DNA of 64,000 nucleotides from Chiloscyllium plagiosum (GCF_004010195.1 NC_057719.1:37324138-37388137); one strand, 5' to 3'; shown: positions 11,661 through 25,701, numbered from the stretch's first letter. A program made the numbers and translations. Notes: generated by a model not told the origin, from the sequence alone.

Positions 11661-14399
11661 ACATTGCATAAAATTACATAAATTCACTTTTAACAGATCC
11701 CTCTCCATCAATGATTGACCAACAGGGAAAGATGCTGAGGTAATAAACGAATTAGGTTGAGTTCAAAGCTTTTTCTGTCAGATTTATGTTGTGAAGGTAA
11801 TTTTTAAGGCTTGATATTGATGAAAACGAAATGCAGAGCTTGGCCATCATACAGGAAGTTCCAGGTGGCTTAATGCATACAGTGATTCCAGAATGACCAC
11901 TATATTGATCTGTGAAACCTTTCAGACTCTTCATCGGTCTGGTTTGTAGCTCACTTGGAACCCTGCCTCCATCTATTAACAGCCTACTTGTGATGAAAGA
12001 AAATAATTGGAAAATTGAGTGGTGGGGGGGTGGAGGGGAGAGCCCTGGTTAGTTTGTTTTGGGAAATGTGAATGCTGAAAGATGCACACTAATTTGTCTT
12101 ACTTTTAAACTTTTAACAGTACAATTCTTTCATTGTTCTGAATAGGATGGTGGGTTTTATGTTGGGGCCATCCTGGCAACCTATCTGTCTTTCCTGTGCA
12201 TAATTTTAAATGAACATCTGCCTTCCTAAGATTCTTTCAAAAAGAAACAACATTAAGTACTTTAGTCCTCTGGAGGGGACCACTTCAAATTTCATAGTGC
12301 GATGATTAAAGTAATGAAATTTGTGGTGCTTCTTTTGTTCAAGATAATGAACGTGAAGAATTGACTTAAGCTTTAGAGCTAAAAGGAAAAATAGGCCTAG
12401 GAAATTGAACCAATACCATTCTGGCAGTTGAAAAACACAGTGAGTGGAATTTAACAGGCAACTAAACAATGGGGGCTATGACAGCATTTGTGCCAGAATT
12501 GAACAAGAAGTCAGGAGAGTCCTATCTCGATATAAGGATCATATCCCTCCATCTTTTATGTTATCTTTTAAGTGGAATAATGTGTTTCTGGCTGGGTAGG
12601 AGCAACTCACCAATTGAGGGGGATTGTTTCTTGTTAAATGCCATGCTGATGGCTCAATCCACATCATTACATTCAGCTTTTCATCTTAATAAACTCACCA
12701 AATAAGCCAGAAGTTGAGAATTCTCGATAAGGAAGCCAAAGCTGGTAACTGGTGACTTCAGCTTGTCGCTTTCTCAAAAGGAGCTCCATGTTGGACACCA
12801 GTCACCAATATCTCAGCTCCAAGGGCACTGCCCACATGCACACCATATCCACAGCTCTTGGCATCTGACATGTACCAGCCTTTAGGAACCTTTATGGAAC
12901 ATCTCTGATCCACTTAAAAGATGCTTCTACACTTTGGGCTGCACTAACAACTATCATTACAATGTTGCAGCAAAGACTCTGTGTGATCAGAGATACACAG
13001 CTCATTGAATTGGACCAGGCTGCATCTCCATGCTCCTCATTTACTGTCAAACTACTCACTCGCTCTGAGCCTATCTGGATGTTCAAAGCATCCCTGCATT
13101 GCTTTACCTTTTATATTTTTCCCCTTCAGCCAGAGGTATCAGGCTCATATAACTTCCGTCTTGCATTTAGTGTGTATATACACACACACATACACACACT
13201 CCTTTTCTTGGTCATCAGCAGACAGCAATCAAGTCAAGGGAGATACCATTCACTCAGTGGCCCTGGGACAGATAGTCAACCACATCTTTCGATACCAGTC
13301 CAGGAGTTGAGGCTAGGTCAGTCAGTCATTCAGTGTAGTCAGACTCTGAATGCTCTCCACATCATGGGTGAAGAGCTGAAAGGCAATCTCAGAGCAGGCT
13401 GGCATGGTCTGGACTTGTGGCCTCCACTGCTGATCCTGGGGGCAAGAGGAAGTCCCACACGTGCAACACCCCATCCAGATCTCCACCTGCAAAGTGGACC
13501 ACTAATTTCCCCTGTTCTCAAGTCTAGGGCAAATCTTCGAAACCAGAGCAGGGCAGCTCTGGACCGACAGTGCTTGTCTTGGTGCTCAATAGCCCTTTAA
13601 AGGTGGTATAGGTAAATAGGTTACCGGTGAGTTCTGGGATAACCACTTAGTGCCAAGCTGTTTTTGGGAACAGCACATGTTAAGATGGGGCCAGAGTCAG
13701 ACATGAAGGAGTATGGGCAGAGTAGGTCCTGAGTTTGGTAAGACCAGGCGATAAATCTCACTAGGCCTTGCAGCAGAAATTCTTCCAAGAAATTCACTGC
13801 AACTCAGACCTAGCCAGTAAAATGCAAGATTCAGTCCAATGATTGAATTTGCTGATTAAATATAGTGTACTGGGACCTCCAGCAGCAGGTGGCAATGGTG
13901 ATGGAGGGCACTGTGGAAGAATACTGAGCAGTTCACTGAGACCTCCACCAGCAGGTGGTGACAGTGAAGGAGGACAACTGGCGTACTCAGATGGACTCCC
14001 ACTGGACTAAAAAAACTGTCTTTGATGGAAGGAGGATCAAATTGACAAGGGATTCCTCAGCCGAATGTAACTCACAGGCTTTGTTCCAGGTGTATAGTTT
14101 AAATAGTTCCATTTATGTACTTAAACTCCCTTCATGTGTGAAATGACCAGATGGCAGTGGAATTTGGAATCTCTGATTCATGATCTTTGGGCTTTCCATG
14201 TGTTCAAATCTCATATTAAACTGTCTTTGTTGACAGGATTCCATAGCACATCCGTCCAATCACTGGGGAGGAGGTTGAAAGGCATCTGGCCAAGACGGAG
14301 CAGATGGTGGAAGAGTTGAAGCTGGTAATGTCCTTGAGGGAGGCCAAAGCTGCTTCAGGATCACTGGAGGCATGGGCATTGGCAGAGGGAATCCGTGTG

Positions 14400-15390
14400 G
14401 TTTACTGGGCAGTCGATGCAAAACCTCATAAGGTGCTTCCCCTCTAACTAGGATTCCTCTCATGAGGAAGCATTGCAAGTTCTCAAATGTGCAAAGTGTT
14501 TCTGTCATCTTGATTTGGTCCACAGTTATAAAACCGCCTCCCCATTACAGAACAAAACACTAAGGAGAAGCATTCTGAATAGGCACCAGGAACTTTAGAA
14601 ATACACCAGAATGCCATTTGGACCCTGTAATGCCTTGCCACCTCCATGTGTATGATAAGTACTACTTTTGGTGACTTTAATTTCCAGTCCCTCCTTATCC
14701 ACCTGGACAATATACTTACCTTTGGCTTGACATTCCAAGAGATCCTTGCAAAGGCTAAACACTGCCTTAGCTCACTTGTCACAGTTCAACTTGAAAATTA
14801 AAGCAGAGAAGTACCAATTCTTCTGGAAAGAAGTAAAGTTCCTGGGGCACTTTGTTATGGAGGAATGCAATACTCCGGGCAATGAAAAATATCCATGTGG
14901 TAGAGGACTGGCCTTTGCCTAAGACAAGGAGGAACCTCCTTGGGTTCCCCAAGGGCTCATTGGTCTGGTGGGATGCTCAAGGAAGTTTGTGCAACGCTAT
15001 GCACAGCTGGCTGCCCCTTTCCACAATTTGCTGAAGAAATCAGAGAATGCTAAAGGAAAGGTTGGAAAAGGAAGTGTGGTACTTTAAGTAACATCTGAGG
15101 GAGTTGGATCCCAACATGTGATGACTGTTTCTGCACAGTCAAACAGAAACTTGTCTTATCATGTGCTCCTTGACTGCCCAGTTCTCCATCTCCCTTCCAG
15201 ACTGGAAATCAACACCCTTTCCTTGATTTAAGATTCATAGCTTCAAGGGCAGCAAAGAGAGGTAATCACTTCCACCAGTCAGAATCTCAAGCTGAATGAG
15301 AGGAATACAGAGAATTATTCCAAAATGAAACTTGAACTTTGAAGTGGACTACTTCCCAGCGGTTCAGAGACATTTCGGTTGATTAGAGTT
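14400..15390 (+). mobile_element. Highly degenerate Gypsy pol remnant (probably part of a larger relic, about 13.6-17.3 kb)
   Basis: Translated fragments LLIHLDNILTF (YLDD-like), VKFLGH, VEDWPLPKT and ERNTENYSKMKLEL (RNase H-like); many frameshifts. Confidence 0.7.
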
Positions 15391-15392
15391 CA

Positions 15393-15812
15393 CAGAATCA
15401 CAGGATTGTTTCAGTGCAGAAGGAAGCCATTTTACCAATCCTACCTGTACCGGTTTTATACATGAGTGCCAATCTCCTGCCTTTTGCCCCTAACTGTGCA
15501 CACTGTTTCTATCCGAATAATCAACAAATGCCCACCTGCATTCCTCAATTGAACCTGCCTCCACCTCATCTCCAGCCAGTGCATTTCAGGCTCTAACTAC
15601 CACACCAGCCTTGCTTTTGTTTGCACATGACTTGAAATTTATGTCCTTTCATTCTTGTTCCTTTCAGGACCTTCTCCTCACCCACTCTTTCCAGTGTGCT
15701 CAGGATTTTGAAAACCTCTATCAAATCTACCCTCGGCCTTCTCTTCGAGGCGAACAGTTCCAACCTCTTCAATCTATCCTTATAACTGAAGTATTGAGTT
15801 TGAAATCTTTCC
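15393..15812 (-). mobile_element. CR1-type LINE 3' fragment inserted in the Gypsy relic
   Basis: ORF 15593..15820 SYKDRLKRLELF...RVDLIEVFKIL. Confidence 0.85.
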
Positions 15813-17396
15813 AACAACAACCGACTTAGCTACTACCAAACAATGGTCAAGCTGGGAGAAACACATATCCTGTGGGCTACTGAACTGGCACAGTTTTGAT
15901 TCCAGGTCTAGGACAGATCAGGCAAATTCTAAAGCCCTTTGTCAAAAAAACAGTCCACTGAAGGGAATCTGCCTGACTGGAGCTGATGCTATGCCCATTT
16001 CCATACCTCAAGTCAAAAGCAGAATTCTGACCCCAATTCCCTACGACATTCAGACTAAGATCCAGTGGAATGTTACTTATGAGCAAGGTACAGATCCAGA
16101 CAGGTAGGCCAGGTCTGGTTTTACCGTTGGCTTCTATCTCAAAGGAAGACCTCAGACAATTTCAGCTGACTGGAACAGCATCAGAAAACTGCACCACAAC
16201 TGGAAGGTCAAACATCCATCAAGCTGATAAAAGAGTCCAAGCCAGTGTGGAAACTGCCAAGGTGCTGGGAGAGGATCAGAGAGGTGGATGAAATCCTCCA
16301 TTGGCTGGTTCATGACAAAGGGGAGGGGAGGGTGACGTAAGTCATTCTTTCTGCCAGCCTCAAGTGTCAAATGCTGGTTGCAGCTCATGACCAAGCAGGA
16401 CACTAAGTGACGGAAAAGATCAGTGCCCTGCCCAGAGGGTGTTGTTTCTGGCTTGAGATGGCTGCTGCTATTGATGACTACTGCGGATACTGGCAGAGTT
16501 ATACTTTGGCCAAAGCAAGGAAGTGAGCTCACCCCAGCATGGGATCCCTACTCACCAACAAACCTCTAGATGTTCCAGTGCTTGAGCCCAATAGTAATGG
16601 GACTGGAGCACATTCTGGAACTAGTTTATGATTATAATAACACCCCACACTCATTCACAGGCTGTTCTCCACTCTATCTCTTCTCTGGATGACAGCCAGT
16701 TGTTCCTGTAAACCACCTCCTTGCCACACCTTCCGAAGGTGACAGCTGGGTTAGTGAATGGAGAACTGATCATCACTCAAGGCTAGGCCAGGTTCATGAT
16801 GGCATCCAAGAGGACTGAGAGAAACACTGACAAAAACTGACCTTCCAATCAATGCAGGATATTGCTCTAAAATTGGAATATCAGAGGTGGGAATATGATA
16901 CAGTGTGCCTGGCACCCTGGGCCTACAGGCTCATCAAGTGTCAGTCTCAGAAAACAGTTCACTGAGGAAAGCTGACTGAGGGCAGAGTCTGGAGGATGAT
17001 ATAGAGTCAAGCAGCTCACTCAACAGTGTTGTGGAACGTGAAGTGTCAGTGTGTGGTTGACTCAGGTAAAGTGGGATCATACAGCAATGCAAAATCATAG
17101 AGTGATCTGTGGTGCTGTGATTCAGGGGTTACATCCAATGTGAGGAACTCACTTCAGCCCTGAAAAATGGTTCAGAAGTGACCTGCTGGAAGGCAGAAAC
17201 AAAGTGACAAAGTCATAGAATAACTCCTGGTGCCTTGACTAACCAAGACCATGATGGGGTGATCCATTCCAGAATCTCAATCCCTTGAAAGGTGTCAGTA
17301 CAGCTAAGAGGCTAAGGTCTGTCAAGCAAATGTTGGCTATATCCTAATCCCTACCATTTGCCCAGATCAGTAGTGCAAGAAGAGAATGCTGCTAAT

Positions 17397-17703
17397 GATT
17401 CTAGATTCCTTACAGTGTGGATACAGACCCTTCGGCCCAACCCTTCCACACCGACCCTCCGAAGAGTAACCCACCCAGACCCACTTCCCTCTGACTAATG
17501 CACCTAACACTATGGGACAATTTAGTATGGCCAATTCACCTGCCCTGCACACCTTTGGATTGTGGGAGGAAACCAGAGCACCAGGAGAAAACCCACGCAG
17601 ACACGGGGAGAGTGTGCAAACTCCACACAGACAGTCACCCAAGGCTGGAAACGAACCTGGGACCCTGGTGCTGTGAGGCAGCAGTGTTAACCACTGAGCC
17701 ATG
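17397..17703 (-). mobile_element. HE1/V-SINE-type tRNA-derived SINE
   Basis: A box tggctcagtgg, B box ggttcgtttcc, V-domain (gtgtggagtttgcac...gtgggtttcc), CR1-like tail. Confidence 0.9.
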
Positions 17704-18254
17704 ATGCAGACAAAGAATAGTTCAGCTCAGTGTAACCCACAGGCTTTGTTCCATGTACATACTTGAACTAGCTTCTTGTTAATCCTTAATTTCCCTTTCT
17801 GTTTGCAATGCCTGATGCCAGTGGAATGGAGGACCTCTGCTTCATGGTGTATTGGCCTTCCTTGCTTTGAAATTTCATACTACAATAGTAATCATCATCC
17901 ATTAATTCGTCAGAAACAAACCAGTAAGGAAAATTTCAGATTTGGAAAACCATAATTCCAAAGTCAGCTATGTCACCTAAGTGTGCTGCACTTGCCAGAA
18001 GTCATGTTACATAAATATCCTTCAAGTGCTATATCCCAGTTCTTCATCATTATGAAGAATAGCACATTATTTCTAGGACAATCTAAATAAGACATCTGAA
18101 GATCTAGCCAGTTAAACCAACTATCGCATGTTGCCAGGAAGGTGAATTCAGTGGCTTATTAGTCAAGTTAGGAATATGCAATAACAGAGCCAGAGTTGTT
18201 ATGTTGCTATCCAGGAGTTGGGAAATGATTCTATTACTGGATTACAGGTCTCAC

Positions 18255-18409
18255 CTCAGTTTCTTGGATTTTCTGGTAATTACGGTCCCAGGAGATCAAC
18301 TTCCGATCTTTTCCACCACCTGATACGAGAGTGCCATCACGCAGCATGCAAAGTGCAAATATACCCCCTTCATGGGCCCCCTGAATAGCATAGCTAATGC
18401 GGTTGGTAC
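18255..18409 (-). CDS. EML1: EML1 exon, 155 nt (GTNRISYAIQGAHEGGIFALCMLRDGTLVSGGGKDRKLISWDRNYQKIQETE)
   Basis: tcttag| and |gtgaga; in frame. Confidence 0.96.
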
Positions 18410-19589
18410 CTAAGATAAGATGTCACAATAATACAATACAACCATATAGAATAGAAACAAAATGGACAAAGAATTGAATAGATTAGTTTTCCATCAAATT
18501 CTTTAAAAAATTGTAACATTTGCTTCAATGGTCACAAAGCCACTTAGGAAAAGATCACGCTATTAGCAGCAGTATTTATGGACAAATTACATGAAGAGGA
18601 TGAAGTTAAACTTTTAGCGCTTAGCAAATTTTGCTATGAACATTGTGAGTTCCTTTGTTTGATAAATTTCATTGATCCTATTCACAGCACTGGATTCAAA
18701 AGGTATATCAGGACAGCCTGAGACATAAACAGAGGAGAAAGCTTACTCCTAAAGCTCACTCCTAATGGATTGCTTTGTCACATGTTTAAGTTTATTTTTC
18801 ATGTTTTATTCTGCTTTAATTTTATTTTTACACCCCTATTTCACTATGTCCGAAGAACCACTTCCCACAAGGCAAACCTTCTGGTTTCAGGATTAAGCAG
18901 AAACCACTTAAACCAAATGTCTAAGAAGTACTCGGCTGCTTCCTTCATAGTGAGATCACTTGCCTAATTCCAAGTTCAAAATTATCCTTTCCAATTTTTG
19001 CTACAGCATTTGAAATGTCAATAAATATGAGGCTAAAGTTTCATCTATAGCAGAACATTATTAATTGCCAGCCTGAATTTTCAATACCTCTCCAGAAACA
19101 GAGATGCAGATTTTTGCAGAGTTGCAATGACTTGGTAGCCATTTAAAAATAGTCTGGGATTCCTGTTCTATTCCTAGCACCAACAATTTTTGCTCACACA
19201 GGATAAGTATGTATGCTGTGAGATTCCTGTACCACTGACCTTGGCAGGCGCCATGGTGCGGGTAGGCATTACCTGGCCCCTTGCAATTCTTGTTGGCATT
19301 ATCCTGTAGACTTGACTGGAAGTCTAGACTGAAAGTCCAAAGTCAGAACAGAACTATTGACTTGATTTCATGGTTATTAGAACATTGTTTTCTCTATGAG
19401 CTCTCCTGTTAGTGTCATAATGCTTATTTGCACAAAATCTAAATGCATGAAATACTTGAAGCATTTATTTATTGATACTTTAATGGTTTGTTTGGCACAT
19501 TAGCAGGGTTGTAGGGACACCAGTGTCTTATCCAAAAAAATTCAGAGTTGGGGCTTTTTTAAGCAGTTCCAAAAATATCATTGCTACTA

Positions 19590-19739
19590 CAGAGGTACCT
19601 CGATTTTCCAGTATTCGATTATCTGAATATCAGATTATTCGGCAAGATCGCAAGGTCTTGATGCTTGGCTAAACTACGTTATCCGGCATTCAATTATCTG
19701 GAATTTGATTAACTTCTTCAGATAATCGAGGCTCCTCTG
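19590..19739. mobile_element. Tc1/mariner (Tigger-like) MITE
   Basis: TIRs CAGAGGTACCTCGATT and AATCGAGGCTCCTCTG, flanked by TA on both sides. Confidence 0.8.
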
Positions 19740-21140
19740 TACAGGGTTCATTGGTTTGGAAAGTATGCAGGTGCCACCAGGGATCAGTGCAGGACATGAG
19801 TCGGTATTGAGTTGATGTGGGTGTAAAATAAGGCCTGGGGATTGGATGAGATAGCATGAACAGCCCTTAAGTTGATATGAGTTGACATGGAGATGGCATA
19901 GGAAGTGGGTGGATGGGGTTGAGGACAAGAGGCCCTAGAAAGTCACTGCATAACTGTGGCAGTCCAAGAATGCCAAAGAATGCCTTTTAAGCAGTCCACT
20001 TTGGTATTCTGCTAACCCTGTGGACACCTCAACTCTACTTTCAGGGGAAGCATGTCCACCTCTATTCCAATCAAGTGGCTCTGTTGATTTAACAAATTTC
20101 CAGATCTACCCAACTCAACAATGAAAAGCTGAACCATAATATTTTATAGCATCAAATGAAACACCTAGTTTGATCTCTCATGGATGTGGGTGTCACAACA
20201 TTTGTTGTCTATTCCTGATTTGCCTTGAATTAAGTGATTGGATAGAATAGTGGAGAAGATGCTTAAGCGTCACTTGTATGGCTGAGGGTATTCAGCCACA
20301 CGGAGGCCAAACTAGGTGAAGACAGCTGACTTCCTTCCCTAAAGGAAGCAAGCTAATAGTCAGATAAAACTAACTGCTTTTTGTGCAGGTACAATAAACA
20401 TGACCTACTTGCTCTTGCAAGTAACTTTTAAAATGTGACTTCTATATGTAAACAGATCAGAAATATAGTCAAACTAGATCATACAGTTTCAGTGAACCCT
20501 CATCGGCAATTCAACAATTGAACACTGAGTTCTGCAATGAAATTTGAGGGGTTAATCATGAGCCCACAGCTTTGTCAGATGTAGAGGTTGAACACTTACA
20601 TATAGTTTTCAACAATCTTAAAGATTATCTGTTGCCTAAGCTTCAGGAACATATCTGACTTTCAATAATACACTGCTTGCACTTCCAGGTACATAGATCA
20701 CAGAAACATGTATAAGGACAGGACCCCAAGCACTTGTTTACCTTTGTCAGTTGGTTCAGGTTTATTCAAGTTTTATGTCTCTAAGAATCATTTATACTGG
20801 AGCCTAATGAACCACTTGAGGAGAATAAGTTGTCATTCTCAACAATTTGTATAGATTCATGTTTCTCATAATAACAGATTCTGACTTGTGAATATGATTT
20901 ATTCTTCATCACTTGCAATGAATAACCTTTCTAATGCCCACTAAATTCAAGTAGGATAAACCAGTGAGTTAGTAGCATACAACAATTGGGTTGCCTGGAC
21001 TCCATTGGGTGGATTAACAAAACTCTGGGAGAACATGTGGATGCTTTGTTTTAATGGGATACAAGATAATAGTGTACATTTATTCTTCCTTTCCTGTGGC
21101 TGCTGCTTCTTTAGTTGACTACAGTTCCATGGCTGCCATG

Positions 21141-21478
21141 GGGTTGCATGGTGGCTCAGTGGTTAGCCCTGCTACCTCACAGTGCTAGAGATCCGGGTTC
21201 AGTTCCAGCCTTCGGTGACTGTCTGAGTGGAGTTTGCACATTCTTCCCGTGTCTGCGTGGGTTTCCTGTGGACAGTCTGATATCTTCACAAAATCCGGAG
21301 GTGTGCTGGTTAGGTGGACTGGCCATGCCAAATTATCCATAGTGTTCAGTGTTGTGCAGGCGAGGTGGGTTAGCCATGGTAACCGTGGGTACGGGGATAG
21401 GGTGGGGTGGGATGCTCTCTCGAGGGTTAGCGCAGACTTGATGGGCTGAATGGCCTTTATTTGCACTATAAGGATTCT
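21141..21478 (+). mobile_element. HE1/V-SINE-type SINE
   Basis: Same family head, core and tail. Confidence 0.9.
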
Positions 21479-21726
21479 TTGGACATTTCTGTAGGCGCAT
21501 CAGACATACAACCCTAGGTGACTGAGATGACCAGTCAAGCAGCAGATTTCACAAAAGGCTTTGATCCTGCCCTCACTCAGTGTCAACTCATTTAAGAATC
21601 TAAATACTGGTTTGGGTAGCAAATGATCCTTTCCTAGCCAGTGGTAATGGGACTACTTGTAATATCCCAATCGGTTAATTCAGCATACACCATAAGTTAT
21701 GGGCTTTTGGGTCGGCATAGCTTAGG

Positions 21727-21996
21727 GGCTGTTGTGGTGCAGTGGTACTGTCCTTACCTCTGAGCCAGTTGACCTAGGTTCAAGTCCTACCTGCTGCAGA
21801 GATATGTTGTTACATCTTTGTACAGTTTGATTAGAAAATATCTGCAAAGCTCAGCATACGTATTTGCCAGCGTCAAAATAGGATCTTGTGGCTTAGTGGT
21901 AATGTCTCTACCTCTGAGCCAGGAGGCTAAGGTTCAAATCCAACCTGCTTCAAAGGAGCGTAATAACTTCTCTGAACAAGTTGATTAGAAGATATC
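21727..21996 (+). mobile_element. Two tandem ~115-bp tRNA-head short SINEs (further copies at about 22370-22445 +, 24000-24120 +, 55735-55850 -)
   Basis: gtgg(t/c)(g/t)(c/t)agtggta A box, ggttcaa B box, common end ttgattagaa(a/g)atatct. Confidence 0.7.
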
Positions 21997-21998
21997 TA

Positions 21999-22347
21999 CA
22001 ATACAACCTCAATTATCTGAGTGAGACGGGCAGGGTATGTTTTGTTTGGATAACTAATCATTTGGGTAACTGATCTGATCATAAACAATGGTAATTTATG
22101 AGTATCAGTTATCCAAACATGCTTCAGTTATCCAGCAATACATGCCATAATGCATTTAAACTGATAATTAATCTATTACAAACAAGCAGTAATTTGGGTG
22201 CCGGTTATCGAACAATGCACATCATAATGCCATTTAAGTGATAACTGAATGCTGGGTCGCCTAATGCCATTTTTGCGGTACCTTGCGATCTTGTTTGGAT
22301 AATCCGAAATTTGGATAATTGATGTTCGGACAATCGAGGTTGTACTG
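21999..22347. mobile_element. Related Tc1/mariner-type MITE
   Basis: TIRs CAATACAACCTCAATT and AATCGAGGTTGTACTG; shares internal caagatcgcaaggt (inverted) with the 19590 element. Confidence 0.75.
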
Positions 22348-22942
22348 TGTATGTTTGCTTACTTAAAAAAGGGTGCAGTGGTTGTATATCTATCTTTAGG
22401 CCAGAGGACCTGGATTCAAATCCTACCTTCTATCGAAATGTGTCATAGCAGATGAACTTTAAAAGAACTCACCAGCTTTGAGGCAAGCAAAAAATTTGTA
22501 TTTAATTCAAAATATGTTTTGGGTGTAGTTTAACAATTAAGAGCTTTGTTACATTTTTCTCTTTCACAGAAATCAAACTCATCCAAATGGGGAAGATCAG
22601 AGATCCACTGAGGCTAGTCTTAAAAAGAATGGAACAATAAAGAATGGTATAGTCTTCACTGACATGTTGCCTTACCATTCTTTCTTCATCATTTCTATTC
22701 TCAGCCCCATTATTGCTATAAATTATGAAATACAATCATAGGAGCATCTGTTAAAGAAAGGCCATTGTCCAATGTCTGACTTGTTTATGCATTAAGTGGT
22801 GATCTTTTTATTCGTGAATATCTTCTTTAATGCAACTTTGCATTTAATGGCTAAAATTAAAATCAGATTTCACCATAATTTAAAAGAAAAGGAACAACAG
22901 AACTAGAATATGACTCAAAGTAAAATTCGCCTCAAAACTCAC

Positions 22943-23042
22943 CTTTTCCCCAGACTAGAATATTTCCACTCGAATCCCCAGTTATTGTATCACCATTCTC
23001 AGCAAAGGTCGCACACAGCACAAACTTTGGTTTCTCATGTTT
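22943..23042 (-). CDS. EML1: EML1 exon, 100 nt (KHEKPKFVLCATFAENGDTITGDSSGNILVWGK)
   Basis: ccatag| and |gtgagt; in frame. Confidence 0.96.
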
Positions 23043-23146
23043 CTATGGTGAAACAAATACATTTAAATAGTACCCAGAATTACTTTTTTTTCCAACAATA
23101 TAAAATATTTTAAAGCAATTTCAAACAAATATTTGTTGTTACTAAT

Positions 23147-23235
23147 ACACACACACACACACACACACAGACACAGACACACACACTCACACACAGACAC
23201 ACACTCACACACACTCACACACACTCACACACACA
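23147..23235. repeat. Imperfect (CA)n microsatellite
   Basis: Directly visible. Confidence 0.95.
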
Positions 23236-24238
23236 ATCCAGGACCTTCCCAATGTTCTTTAAATCGTGAAAATATAAAATGAAAATCTGATGCTCAGAAC
23301 TGTTTTGAAGACGTTTGTAGGTACGGTTGACATTATTTCATGGTCAATCAATTTCAAGGAAACTTCAAAGCCAATTTACTTTTATAATGTCGTTTTCTGG
23401 TTTGTCCACTCTCCATTGGCACTAAATAGCTTATTATAGTGCCTTCAACTTGACTGTTACTACGTTTCTATCAAGTATTTCTGTTGAATGTCAGGAATTA
23501 GATGAGTTATGACTATGGCCGGGAGTTCATTTCTTAACCTGGGAAACAATGTGTTGCTATTATGACTCATTCACTTAAAAAAAAAACTTGGATTAGAACA
23601 CAGTGTTGAAAGGTAATGGGCAAATCTCCCAAAAACAGTAACATTGAAATCCCATTTAGTTCTAATTAATCTGTATAATATAGTTGATTTTCATCACTAT
23701 TGATTGATTCTAGTCAAACCAGTACTGCGTACTCATATTGCCTAGACAAATAAAGTACCTAAAGATTCAACACTCTTGTTCAAGATTACTGACATACATA
23801 CCCTGTCGGTTATAGTAGCAAATTCCAGTGTTAGGCCTCACTTTTATTGATGTAACCTGGTTTCTGGATTATTCTCATTCCCTTTAGTTTTGGTTCCAGT
23901 TGAATTATGCTGATTAAAATTCAATCTATGTTTTGTCATTCATTTTTGTCTAATAAGTACAGTTGCATTATCTAAGAAAGTATATAATCATGTAACTAAG
24001 GGACTCTTGCGGTGCACTGGTATTATCCCTTTCGGTGAGACAGGAGTCCTGCGTCCAACTCCCATCCACTCCATATGTGTGTATTAACATCACTGTACAG
24101 TTTGATTAGAAAATATCTACAATCATACAACTGATTGAATAGTGCTACAAAGTTATATTTTTGGAGTGATGTATCAGTTAAGCATTTATTTAATTGATAA
24201 ACTCACATGCTTCTAATTTTTATATAATATAAACTTAC

Positions 24239-24373
24239 CTCAAACAATCCTTGTTTCTTTGTGAAAGATCCTCCTTCGAGCATCCAAAAGTAAATGTGTG
24301 ATTTTCCACAGGTAACAATAACATTGGTCTCTGTTGGATGGAAATCTGCTGCAAAGACTGGCTCATTTGAACA
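24239..24373 (-). CDS. EML1: EML1 exon, 135 nt (CSNEPVFAADFHPTETNVIVTCGKSHIYFW...KKQGLFE)
   Basis: gccag| and |gtaagt; overlaps ORF 24203..24436. Confidence 0.96.
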
Positions 24374-25398
24374 CTGGCAAGGATATAAGTGAATACTCGT
24401 TGATATACTGTTCCTAAGCAACCAACAATTATACACAACACAGAGTTAACTTCAGGGGCACTATTTCTGGATTTATACTTACTTCAACTCACTCTGTACA
24501 TTTGATTTATTAGATCCTCCTTTTATAATTGGTGGAATACGATCATTATTTTTAGGAGAGTATAAGCTGGTCTCAAGCAGTTGCTATTACCACTGAGCCA
24601 ATCCAAAAGAAATTGCTAAAGAGTAATAATGGCCAAACTTCACATTCCTGCCCCTCAACTACAAACTGAAAAACTCAATAATAGAAATTCATCTATAACT
24701 TGCAACTATATTCTGTCACTGAAAGCAAACTCAATGCAGTTCAGTTAATGAAAGATAGCCTTAAAATTATATTATTAGGAATAACATCTATGTACAGATG
24801 GGAAACTAAGCTTTAAAAAAATATTGTGTAGCTTCTAGATCAGGGAAGGTAACTCATACTTTCAGTGTAAAATGATTCAATATTCCCCAAAGTTATGTGA
24901 AATATCCTCGTAGAGTTTTCTGAACAAGACCGAAAGTGACTGCAATATGCTCTACAAGAAAACGTATGTGAAAATTAATGCAAGTCAACAGGAATATTCT
25001 GCAAACGTCTGCCTACTTCACATCTCTTTTTAATTAAGTGCCTGACTTTTAGGGACTGTGTGGAAGCTTGACAAAATGGCAAGTTATTGAATCATAGCGA
25101 TGTGATGCACATACTGATAAATTACAAAATACAATTCCTGCATTTATTTATTTTTTTGGATATGCAGTGTCTAGTTTAATTATAGGTTGCCTCTGTTTTC
25201 CAGTGCAGCCTATAAATTCCCTCATACACAGTCCCTTCCACTCCCCAGGAAATAATAATACAAAATCAGAGGGAATAGATTACAATATAAATAACTGATA
25301 ATGATTATTATCATCCTGTCCAAACAGCTAATTAAACGCAATAATTAAATATAATATTTGCAATAATACAGCCATAAAAAAACTTAGAAAGGAAATAC

Positions 25399-25494
25399 CT
25401 TAATATCACCAAGTCTCTCAACTTTCTGCCAATCCCATACTGAAAGGACATGGTCATTAGAATCATCCACTGCGCACAAGGTACAGCCTCCATT
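25399..25494 (-). CDS. EML1: EML1 exon, 96 nt (NGGCTLCAVDDSNDHVLSVWDWQKVERLGDIK)
   Basis: tttaag| and |gtattt; follows a 96-nt intron. Confidence 0.95.
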
Positions 25495-25590
25495 CTTAAA
25501 ATGAAATAGAATGAAAGTATACACATAACAAAATTTTCTACAGTGTTTATCAGAAATAGTTCTATTTAGTGAATATTTCCTGACACTTAC

Positions 25591-25701
25591 TGACTTTGAG
25601 AAGGCAATACAGGTGACTGACCGATCAAAGAACCCTGTTCCAATCGTGTGCAGTGTATTCAGACTAACAGAGTCCCAGATTCGAACATGTGGGGCAGCTT
25701 G
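25591..25701 (-). CDS. EML1: EML1 exon, 111 nt (QAAPHVRIWDS...CIAFSKS)
   Basis: gcacag| and |gtaagt; in frame. Confidence 0.95.

Noticed and set aside
12962..13600. 212-aa plus-strand ORF
   Set aside because: No recognisable domain, runs through a CA-rich stretch, antisense within an intron and next to a retroelement relic. Probably a chance ORF.
24374..24390. ATATCCTT motif next to an acceptor
   Set aside because: It lies at the 3' end of an intron whose donor is GTATTT, so there is no AT-AC intron. At most a degenerate branch-like sequence.
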